Assembly: GCA_012295275.1 (NCBI GenBank) | Contig: CM022679.1 | Span: 12,152,001-12,216,000, forward strand | DNA: 64,000 bases | Reading direction: 5' to 3' | Source: Chrysomallon squamiferum | Lineage: Eukaryota > Animalia > Mollusca | In this document: one piece after another, positions 54,654 through 64,000 of the stretch | Layout: every line of letters begins with the position of its first letter | Position numbering within the stretch: position 1 is the first letter of the stretch | The notes under the pieces: model-generated | Told to the model about the DNA's origin: nothing | The model's input: only the letters and a program-made list of their open reading frames with translations | Database searches by the model: none | Position numbers and translations under genes: made by a program

Positions 54654-57600
54654 TTGTTGCACAGAATAAGCCATTAGCAAAGATACGAAAGAAACTGAGT
54701 GGCAAAGAAGGAAAAACTCAAAGAGGTCTGGGCCAACTTTTATCTGATACAGTAAGGCTGTTTAAATATAATTTTTTGTTACATTTTTAACTTGATTTTT
54801 ATCACATTAAAAAATATTTAAAAAGTTAGGAAGTAAACATATAAAAAATAATTTTGAGACTGATGGCTGTGAAAAAGATATTTGAAAATTATTTTGCCTC
54901 TTTCATTTTCACTGATTCTCTAGCACATAATTACTTGTTTTGATGAAAGAATTCTAAATGTAATGAAAGTATGAACATTTAATTAAAATGAGATAATATA
55001 TGTATAACTTTAAATCCTAAGAAAATTTGATTAAAGATAAAAAGGAGTGATGGAATACTACTAATGATAATACTAATACTAATAATACAATTATTATTAT
55101 TATTGCTATTGTGAGTGGCAGTAGTGGTGGTGGTAGCAGCAGTATAAAGATATAACATTTAAATAAAAACAAAATTATTCACCTAATATCAGTATACCAA
55201 TCTATATATATATATGTTACAGTTAATGTGTCCAGCCAGTCATTTGGCCAAATGACTGACAGATTTCCTGATAGGGAATTTTAAATTCAGTCATTATGTC
55301 AAGTTTTGTAAAAAAAACTTTTTTCATGTTTTGTTTTTGTTTTGTACTAATCAGCCTGTGTCCTTTGTGAGCAGTTTGTACAAATGTTTATTTTACATCT
55401 TATTTGAACTTTGTTGTCTTTGTTTTTTACTAATCAGCCTATGTCCTTAAAGCAACACTAAGATTACACTACTCTGAACATCCAAATCCCTTGGCCTATA
55501 AATATTTGGGCCATTATAGTTCAGGTATCAGTTGTCAATATGGAGCTTTCAGTAGAAGATATGTTCCAAAATGAGTTATATGAGTACTTTTTGTTGATAA
55601 ATGAACTGAAGCATTTAAATGAACAATCATCAGCTAAGTAACACCAAGGTTATTATCTTCTGTCCAAGCATGAGATTCTTCAGTGTGGTGATGTTGAGAC
55701 GTTGATAAGACATCGCGAATCCAATGATGACCTGATGCAGTATTACGTGCACATCAAAGAGAAATTAGATGTTATCAAATGTGCCCACATTGCCACTGGC
55801 CATGGTGGTCGTGATCGAATGGTAAACGAGTTAGGCAAGAAGTATGCCAATGTTACCAGGGATTCTATTGAACCAATGACAAAGGGTGTGGTTGTCTGAG
55901 CAATCTTGTCCAAAGAGTTCTCTGCTTGTGGCCAAGTAATCTCATCAATATGCAATTGTTACCACATGGTTCTTTCAAGTGGATTATGGTATATCTTACA
56001 AAGTTTGTTGTTATCCGCCCCTGACATCAAAGCGAGCTCATACCAACTCATGGACATATTTCTGCTATTCAGTGTTGTAGAGCAACAACGGTTCCAAATT
56101 TACAGCTTAAATCATTTCCAATTTGAAGGAGTTGTGGCCAGAGCTAGTTATGGTGCATGATAAACCATGCCACCCACAGATTCAAGGTTCTGTAGAACAT
56201 GCGAAATATGACATTAAAGACATGCTTCTTGCGTGGATAAATGAGAATGATACCACTGTTGGTGTTAAATTTGTTCAGTTTCAATGCTGAAATAAAACAG
56301 TCACTTTATACAACAGAAACAAGCCGAGGGTGTTGTTAAGAAAAGTTACATGATTATGAAGGATGGTACCATTGGTGATAACGTAGCTGTAAACATTCCA
56401 TCTGTTTACAGGGGACGAGGTTATCCCAGAAATGTTCTAGGTGTTATATTAGCTGTAGAAAATGGACAATATACCCTTGGTTGCCTTTCTGGTATTCTGA
56501 AAGGGAAATATAGTCGACACCAGTTTGATTTATGTCCTCAGAGACTCCTGAGTGGATCTGACATTAACTATGTGTTGCTTCCTCAAGCCAAGAAAAAGGA
56601 GTCTCAACACGGTGGTCAGGGTTTCATCAAGTGCAATTGTAATGGACCTAAGAGATGTCGGAGTAAGCGATGTGCTTGTTTCAAAATAAAGTTTTGTGTA
56701 ATACCAGATGTCACAACAGTATAAATTGTTTAAATAAATGAAGTATGTATTATATGTCACCAATACATTATACTGGTAAGCAATGTGTTTGTTTCAAAAA
56801 TAATGTTTTGTGTAATAGCAGATGTCACAACAGTATAAATTGTTTAAATAAATGAAGTATGTATTATGTGTCACCAATGCATTATACTGGTAAATTATGT
56901 GTTACATGATTTTGATTATTCAGTAGAGATGAAACATAGTTTAGTTATTAGAAAACACCCAAGAAATACCTTTTAGTCGTTTGGCCAAATGACTGAAAAT
57001 TTTAGACATTTGTATTCCTTTGCAGGAATCTGAAGCTATATCTCTTACAATGAATTTACAGTCATTATTGGATATAAGCCTTAAGGAAAAAGAATCAGAT
57101 GAACTGTGAGTAAAATATCTAAAACAAAACAAAAAACAACATTTTTTCACCATGTATAATTGTTTTTGTTTTTTCTCAACAGATAAAATATCCTTAAACA
57201 AAATCATATCACTGAAAAATAAATCAGTTTCTAGAACTGGTTGTTTTTCTAAATAAATGAAGTATGCTTAATAAATAAATAAATAAATAAATAAGGAAAA
57301 AAAAAACAACAACACATAGGCCTAACTTTTTGTTGAAAGGCATTTTGTCAATGAAACAAGTTATAAATAATAATTTATAATGGGATATATTTGGTGCAAA
57401 ATTCCGAAATCTGAAATTACAGAAATCTTCTTACCTGAAGATATATAGTACATTATTGTTCCAAAATCAGATGATAAGTTGATATAAAGTTATTTAGGAA
57501 TTGATACACAAACATTTTTTTCATTAGTAATATAGATAAAACTATAGAATTAGAACTGTCAAGAAGTAAATCAGCACACGATGTTTGGTATGAAAGAAGT

Positions 57601-59470
57601 CATGGACAGTTACATGAAACAAGACCTGGATTTGATCAAGGTCCAGTCCGTGGAACATATCGAGGATTAGGTGGAAGATTGGATCAAGTATTAGACCGAG
57701 AAACATATCAAGGAATGGCCCGGCAGAGAGTACGGGAATTACTCCTTGAAAGAAATCAAGGATTTGATCGTGAAAGAGATCCAACATATCTAGAAAGAGA
57801 TCAAACATTAGGCCATGAAACATATCGAAGATCACCTAGAGAAAACTTTTTGGAATATCTTGGTGAAACAGATCAAAGATTAGGACGTGAAACTCATCAA
57901 GTTTTGGGACAAGAGAAAGTTTGGGTACCTCCAAGTGAAACAGATCAAAGATTAGGCCGTGAAACTCATCAAGTTTTGGGACAAGAGAAAGTTTGGGTAC
58001 CTCCAAGTGAAACAGATCAAAGAGCAGGCCGTGAAACTCATCAAGTTTTAGGACAAGCGAAAATTTGGGTACCTCCAAGTGAAACAGATCAAAGAGCAGG
58101 CCGTGAAACTCATCAAGTTTTAGGACAAGCGAAAATTTGGGTACCTCCAAGTGAAACAGATCAAAGAGCAGGCCGTGAAACTCATCAAGTTTTGGGACAA
58201 GTGAAACAGATCAAAGAGCAGGCCGTGAAACTCGAGGACAAGAGAAAGTTTGGGTACCTCCAAGTGAAACAGATCAAAGAGCAGGCCGTGAAACTCGAGG
58301 ACAAGAGAAAGTTTGGGTACCTCCAAGTGAAACAGATCAAAGAGCAGGCCATAAAACATATCGAGAATTAAGCCTGAAAATACCAATGGAAAGAGATCAA
58401 AGATTAGCTTATGTAAGGGATGAAAGAGATCAAGGATTAACCCAAAGGACAGATCAAGGATTAACCCGAAGGACAGATCAAGGATTTGTTTTAGAATCAG
58501 ACTGGGGATTCACACCTGAAACACAATATGTAACAGGAGCAAGACTGAAACAAAAATTCCGTTCCCTGCCTGAAAAACTACCAAAGAATATAGAATACAG
58601 CATCACATCAGATAGGTTTGAGAAAGGGGTAACTATCCTACTGTCTTATTAATATAAGAATATTTTCAGTTTCTGAATCTCAATAGTTAACTATCCATGT
58701 AGTCGTATTATAATTAGTTGGTTTCCCTGAATGAAAAGTAAATAATCTTTAAAAGATCATTAAATGGAAAAGGTGAATAAATGGCAAATAGTCATGGTGA
58801 AATAATAACTTTTATTCGTAATGGATTCATAGATATCTGTTAGTGTTTTTTTTTTTTACATCTTTTCAAATTCTGTGAACAAGAAACCTCAGTATAAAGT
58901 CTGATAGTATATTACAGTAACTGTTATAGGATAATGATTATGATATTAATATAACAACTGCAACAACAATTAAGGGACTGTAATACTAGTACTAATAATA
59001 ACAACAGTTAAAAACAACAATTATGCTGATAATGATTATAAGGATGATGACAATGATAAAATCAACAACAACAAAATAACAATAATAAAGAGTAATTCAA
59101 ATTGAATAAAATTTTCATTGTCGATTGCATTGTTAATAAATTTTATTCTGATAATATCTCTTTTATAATGATAGGAACAAAGGTTTCCTGCGGGTACCCA
59201 TGTGATGCCTCCAGCTGACATGATGAAAAGGGATGATTACCAAAGACAGTATGCCTCTCCATCCAGAAAAGAAATGGAATCAAAAACACCAAGAGAAAAG
59301 GCTGCGGCAGCTGAAATTACTTTGGTACATCATTATATAAACATAATATGTAACAGGACCAACATTCAACATTGAAACAAAAATAATTTTCCCACCCTGA
59401 AAAAGTTCCAACAAATATAGAATATATTTTATATGTGATAATGTGCTAATGTATGTGTAATGTGTGTGCA

Positions 59471-59528
<58 letters not shown>

Positions 59529-59887
59529 AGAGACTGTTAAACAGATTCATAGAAAGGCCATTTTTATTTTAATATATCTTTAAAATTAATTTCAGAAATT
59601 ATTTGAAAACAAATCTTCACCATCTCTCCTAGATAGCGAAACAGATGTCTTTTCAGAAAAAAAGAGTGAAGAAGCTATTTCACAACAGAAAAATGTTGGT
59701 ATTTATAAAAAAAAAGACCGGGAGGAAGCAGAAATAAAACAGATAACAACACCTTTATTAAGAGTATGTTTCTAGAGCAGTTACTTCAACCAGTAAAACA
59801 AAATAATAACATGTCTTCAGTTTGTTTTATCTCACACTAACTCTAACAGTCTCTCTAAATTTTTAAAAGATAAAAGGGAATATACTG

Positions 59888-59952
<65 letters not shown>

Positions 59953-61255
59953 ACAAACACACACACACACACTACATAAATATATACAAAATAACTGGTG
60001 GCTATCTTAAGATATCAGCTTTTTTCTGTGAAGGTTTGATAGCCAAATTGAAATTCAACAGGTGCAGAATAAATCTGATATCTTAAGACACTAATCAGTT
60101 ATTTAATTAACCTGCAGTTCCAAATAACACAAAAATTAAATAACTTAACTGTTTATCAACTCACCTCTCTCTAGAGTAGTAGATGCATACATATTCATTT
60201 TTTTATTGCCTACATAGAACAAAACAGTTCTTAAATTAATGGGAGGGGGTTGTGATCAAAACGTTTTTTTAATATCTAAACCAGCATCTAAACGAATAAA
60301 GAAATAACTGAAAATAAATATGGTTTTCAATCAAAAAGCTATAGTTTTGGTAAAAAAATCCAAAAGATATTGAAATGTATCTTGTCATCCTATCTTGCCA
60401 TTACGTATGGAGATTGCAGATAAAATATATATATATACTTATTGATATGTTTGAAAAAATAGTTGTGTATATATGTATATGCACATGCATGTATATACTG
60501 TTTATTTTAGGAAGTAAGTCTTGAAAAGATAAGATATATGTTAACTCCTGAAGACAGTTCATCAAAAGAAAAAGTCGAAGCAACTTTTGGAGGGAAAAAG
60601 GTAAAAATAAGAACATCATTTGAATAATGATCTCAGACAGTCATTCCAGAATATACACACTCCAAAAGTATTTATTTAAGGAAATTAAATTTAACAAATA
60701 CACACAATTCCAAGTTTTAATTCAACTAATGAGACTTTAGAAAATATTAGATGTTAAGATTACATTCCTAAAACTCTTCTATGGGTGAAAATATTTATTA
60801 GAAAATAAGTTGTTAATAGGAAAAAGAAACTGATTAAACGTTTTATTGAGAAAAGAAACAATATGTAAAGATTTCTGTTTTGTTGAATTTCAGTTTCCAG
60901 TTTTAACATCCACCACATCTAGAGAAAGTACAGACGAAATGAAATCGGAGATTACAAGGAGTATGTCTGATTCAGTCTCTGAGTTGGAAGATTCAGAATA
61001 TCAGGTACATTTCAATTTAGGTGTTTCATCTGATATTTTAAAAGCTCATAAACATTTTAAAGTGTAACATAAGCACCATGCAAATAAATATACATGACAG
61101 AACCATGCAGTGATTAAAAAAAAATTTTACCTTGCATGGATAACTGATACATCTTAAAAACTGCTAAATTGTTTTAAGAAAGAGAAATATATGTTTAGAA
61201 GTGTGTCTTGGTCTAAGAAAAGTAAATCTTATTTATTGCTTTCATTACATTATTA

Positions 61256-61305
<50 letters not shown>

Positions 61306-63990
61306 TACAGGTATGTTTATGTATGTATATGTATATGTTGGGTTTTTAAATTTTATTTTATTTCTTATTTCATTTTATTATATTATTATTATTTTTTATT
61401 TTATATATTTTTGTATTATTATTTTCATTAAGGTAGTACACTTATAATTATTGCTGTTCTTGTTTTATTTTTCATTGAAGGAAGATGACAAAATACTCTA
61501 TGCTATACCAGCTAAACTAAAGAATGAAAATCTACTAAAACTGTCAAAAGCTTTGGAAGAAAAAAAAGTCACAAAAGACCTTTATCAGGTACATATGAAT
61601 ATCCACATGAAGGGAGAAACATAAGAAATATTTGATCTAACACTAGTCTATGGTTATATGACATATATATATCATTAAGTATCACATGGTAATGAATATC
61701 TTTATTGAAACAAAAAAAACAGTTAAATATATTCTGCTTACTTCCAATTTTATATTTCATTTGTTTGTTGCCATCCAGTTTTGATTAATAACAAAAGATA
61801 ACAATAAAAATAGTTTGAAGTTCAAAGATATAGGGGTAGCATCATTTTTCTATAGTTGTGATAGGGTGGACCAGTTTGCTCTAAAGGGTCTTCTAGCATC
61901 AGTAACAAGACAACTGTCAATTTTTTACATGCACACACTGATGTTATAACTCAGTCTGTGAAGAAAACAATAGTTGTATTCAGGTATTTTGTAACAGCAC
62001 TATTTTGTTTCATAATTACTAAGAGATATCCAGAATGCTGAAGAAAGAAATTCCCTCTATCATTACAAAATCATATTGTGTTAATTTAAAAACATGTTCA
62101 TGTGTTGCAAAATCAATATGATTATTTAGTCATTCTTTCATTTTTATTATTTGTGAAGCTTTGTTTATGATCTTTTTGTTAAAAAATGAAATGTATTAAA
62201 AAAAGTTAATTTAAAAAGATTAATTACTAAATTAAAATAGCCACAATCTAATTAATATTTATTTTCTGTTAACATCCAGCTGGCAAAAAGTGTCACCATG
62301 GATCCACTGTTAATTACACAGGACCATTTTTTCAGAGCAATAAAAAAATTTATTTCATTCCGATCAGCGAAGATGGGCAAGAAAGTAGGTTCAAAAATGG
62401 ATGGTGAGCAAAATTGAACATTTTAAATACTTAGTTTAGAATGCCATTTGTAGGAATATATTTTGATCAAAATGTTTTTAAGATTTTGTATGTTATTTGT
62501 ATGTACTAATATTAGAAATAGTAATTAACAGTGATTATAGGTTAGATATATTGAAAAGCGGGATAATATTGATAATAAGAACAAGTTAAAAAAGGATAAA
62601 TTATCAGGTAAATAAAAATTTATATAAATTGAAACCAACTAATGTTGTACTACACCATTTCTTGGAACTGAATGTTTTGGGGTTTAAATGTATTTGCACG
62701 CATTTATTATTTTTTTAAATTTAATTTTGTAGAAATGACAGACGAGGATAGTACAACCAAAAGTAATGATGAAATGCCAATCCAGATCCTTCATTATTAT
62801 GAAAGAATGCGTTATCGTATTCGAAATCGTATCTCAACACCAAAAGTAGAATTAGAAAAACTTCAAACTGAAAAACAAGATATGTTCTTAATTATCTGGT
62901 CATTGTGAGTAATGATTTATTAACACTTCAATAATTTATGATAAAAAATGTTTTCTTGAAAAGGTAATCTGATTCAAGAGAAAATACAATTTACCCATTT
63001 GAGTGTTAAAATGTTTTCTTTTTACAACCAAATGCGAATTTAATTGTATTGTCTTTTTAGTCATGTATGATTCTCTTATGTTTTCTTATTGTTTAAATAC
63101 CCTTTTTTAATTCCTCCCCACTCTTCTTTGAATAATTATTTACGTGATTTTTGTGATTGTATTTTCATTGTACATACATTTTATATATCTGGTTCTGAAC
63201 TGAACAAGTTCTTTAGACCAGATGACTTTATAGCATCTAGATAACCCAGCAAAATTAAATAATGCACTACAACAGAGCTACATTGCACATCAGTTGAATG
63301 AAGGGAGTAATTTGAATAGGTGAAATTGTAATGACAATCATTTGTATTAATTATTTTGACATATTATATGTTCATTCAGGTTCAAAGAAATGTTTCAAGA
63401 ACATGGAATCAATCTTAACACGCCAGTTTTGAAAAAAGATAGAAAAGCATGTAAAAGGAAAAAATCATCAGTTTTAGGCTTTGAGTTACCAAAACTATTA
63501 GTGGACAGGCGTTCAACAGTTCCTTCAGTGACAGCCATAGCTCCTGATTTTATGGGAATTGTTGGGAAAAAAATTGGAGAGGCAACATGGAAACCTTCTG
63601 TAAGACTTCGTTTTATGACTTCAAGTATCATGTAATGCATTGTAAAAACATCAGAAAAATAGTTTGTGTTTTTAGACAATATAAAAAAAAAGGAAATGAA
63701 ACAAATGATATAATTATAGTACACTATGGATTTTCATATTTCCCAACATTCAGTTACATGTAACTTAATTGCTTTTAAAATTTATATATATATATCTGTA
63801 TGTGGATTTGTATGCCCTTTTTCCAATCATCTACAGAACTTACTGAATGTTTTGTTATATTTCTAAAAAAAGATTTATAATGAACTGTGGTGTTATTTCA
63901 GAACTCCACAGTAAAAATGTCAACAAAATCATCTGTTGTTACTCCAGTGATTTTAACCCTAGATGTTAATTCAAAGAAACTAATAACAAG
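38519..63990 (+). CDS. Large coiled-coil/tandem-repeat protein with a FAM186A/B-like C-terminal region; at least 33 exons, ~2020 codons in window, 3' end beyond the window; frameshifted at ~58200 as assembled
   Basis: Phase-consistent GT-AG exons: 38519-38531 (tentative start), 38978-39026, 39407-39806, 40574-40633, 41270-41302, 41849-41965, 42967-43043, 43589-43678, 44265-44305, 44783-44890, 45678-45781, 46097-46207, 47048-47234, 47770-47834, 48275-48338, 48749-48819, 49050-49844, 50434-51305, 51850-52048, 53690-53735, 54095-54156, 54665-54751, 57026-57105, 57528-58628, 59175-59324, 59596-59763, 60511-60600, 60894-61004, 61481-61588, 62280-62403, 62733-62904, 63380-63599, 63902-63990. NLLKLSKALEE...AIKKFISFRS...LFKEMFQEHGINLNTP...ILTLDVN resembles the FAM186 C-terminus as I recall it (NLQLL...KYI.YR...MFPKLQLEWNVHLNIP). 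The gene's existence is well supported; the family call is moderate. Confidence 0.75.
39888..40230 (-). mobile_element. Degenerate MetaSINE-like element in an intron
   Basis: GAAGG-rich tail plus AATGTTTTATTTAATGAC..TCAACATATTTT, and a minus-strand core TGTCTATGAGAAGGTTCAT...TGCTGATTGGAAAAGACTATCC similar to the recalled mollusc Meta-domain SINE. Recalled, not aligned. Confidence 0.4.
40344..40438. repeat. (TG)n-(GA)n compound microsatellite
   Basis: Directly visible; similar tracts at 59474-59530 and 59891-59971. Confidence 0.95.
40698..41080. repeat. Degenerate 43-bp minisatellite, ~9 copies
   Basis: GTCTAGA anchors at 40698, 40741, 40784, 40827, 40870 and 40913 (period 43). Consensus approximately GTCTAGATCAGTAANCTAGATAAACNATGCATCTGATATATTA. 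Confidence 0.9.
42236..42877. mobile_element. Non-autonomous Tc1/mariner-superfamily MITE (Tc2/pogo-like), 642 bp
   Basis: TA on both sides; 25-bp TIRs CTGTATATACTTGTGTACAAGGCGA vs CCGTATATACTTGTGTATAAGTCGA (3 mismatches); internal copies of TGTATAAGTCGA at ~42266, ~42323 and ~42804; no ORF. Confidence 0.85.
43902..44140. mobile_element. Possible piggyBac-type MITE, 239 bp
   Basis: TTAA|CCCTTTG ... CAAAGGG|TTAA: TTAA on both sides and CCCT...AGGG termini. The TIR match decays after 7 bp. Confidence 0.45.
49326..49583 (+). repeat. Coding tandem repeat, 87-bp (29-aa) unit x3
   Basis: ATG anchors at 49326, 49413 and 49500; unit MKGKVERIKERTKKEAKEVEMAAEKETKE. Confidence 0.92.
51296..51712. repeat. 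Degenerate ~55-65-bp minisatellite containing the exon end/5' splice site TCAGAAAG|GTAATAT
   Basis: Copies near 51298 (the true donor), 51399, 51457, 51519, 51576, 51629 and 51696. Confidence 0.75.
52130..52580. repeat. ~150-bp tandem repeat, 2.5-3 copies
   Basis: CATCAAAT...AGAAAATAAATAT at ~52228, 52378 and 52538; AAACCTAGGTTA in the first two copies. Confidence 0.85.
55229..57008 (+). mobile_element. Decayed Ginger-type DNA transposon (KRBA2/SCAND3-like integrase) in an intron
   Basis: TGT...ACA termini; imperfect TIRs TGTCCAGCCAGTCATTTGGCCAAATGACTGACAG vs TGTCTAAAATTTTCAGTCATTTGGCCAAACGACTAAAAG (reverse complement of the right end); internal broken integrase; no clear TSD. Confidence 0.85.
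55540..56860 (+). pseudogene. Pseudogenised integrase/transposase (H2C2 zinc finger, RNase H-like core, Cys-rich tail)
   Basis: ATG at 55540. Fragments HIATGHGGRDRM, KGVVV*AILSKEF, KWIMVY, RPLTSKRA, YQLMDIFLLF, LKELWPELVMVHDKPCHPQIQGSVEHA, GDNVAVNIP..RGRGYPRNVLGVI and GGQGFIKCNC..CRSKRCACFK. Several stops, frameshifts and deletions, including loss of the CxxC half of the zinc finger. Confidence 0.88.
57865..58352 (+). repeat. Coding tandem array: four 72-bp units, one 50-bp unit, two 63-bp units and a partial unit
   Basis: GAAACAGATCAAAGA anchors at 57865, 57937, 58009, 58081, 58153, 58203, 58266 and 58329; unit ETDQRLGRETHQVLGQEKVWVPPS. Confidence 0.95.
59989..60104. repeat. Imperfect 40-bp inverted repeat (hairpin or small foldback element)
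   Basis: AAATAACTGGTGGCTATCTTAAGATATCAGCTTTTTTCTG vs the reverse complement of the right arm AAATAACTGATTAGTGTCTTAAGATATCAGATTTATTCTG, about 33/40 identical, with a ~36-nt loop. Confidence 0.8.
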
Positions 63991-64000
63991 GTAAGCATTC

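Noticed and set aside
57542-58386. Regular repeat array as a CRISPR, or as antisense repeat proteins
   Set aside because: No unique spacers and no cas genes in a eukaryotic context; the units are contiguous coding repeats of the plus-strand exon.
1-64000. tRNA, rRNA, snoRNA or known miRNA genes
   Set aside because: No cloverleaf, rRNA segment, convincing C/D box pair or recognised mature miRNA seen by eye; an Infernal/Rfam and tRNAscan-SE scan would be needed to exclude them.

Overview
AT-rich, microsatellite-dense animal DNA. A mollusc, possibly a gastropod, is inferred from SINE-like relics and composition; this is not proven. Three spliced genes were reconstructed by hand from GT-AG sites with consistent phases. 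(1) WAPL, the cohesin release factor: minus strand, 16 coding exons at 12824-26208, 1290 aa. (2) An erlin (SPFH family): minus strand, 12 coding exons at 30175-34974, 321 aa, including a 23-nt microexon. (3) A divergent plus-strand gene of at least 33 exons (~38519 to >63990, ~2000+ aa) with coiled coils, two internal tandem-repeat arrays and a FAM186A/B-like C-terminal region. As assembled, gene 3 is frameshifted by a 22-bp deletion inside a 72-bp repeat array. Its introns carry a decayed Ginger-type (KRBA2/SCAND3-like integrase) transposon with palindromic TIRs, a Tc2/pogo-like MITE, a possible piggyBac MITE, a minisatellite built from its own splice donor, and a 116-bp hairpin. The first ~11 kb has no convincing CDS but retains CpGs and has clustered TALE/Smad/YY1-type motifs, suggesting the regulatory region of a gene lying left of the window. 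No rRNA, tRNA or CRISPR was seen. I found no clear-cut new biological system; the best leads are ranked in findings.
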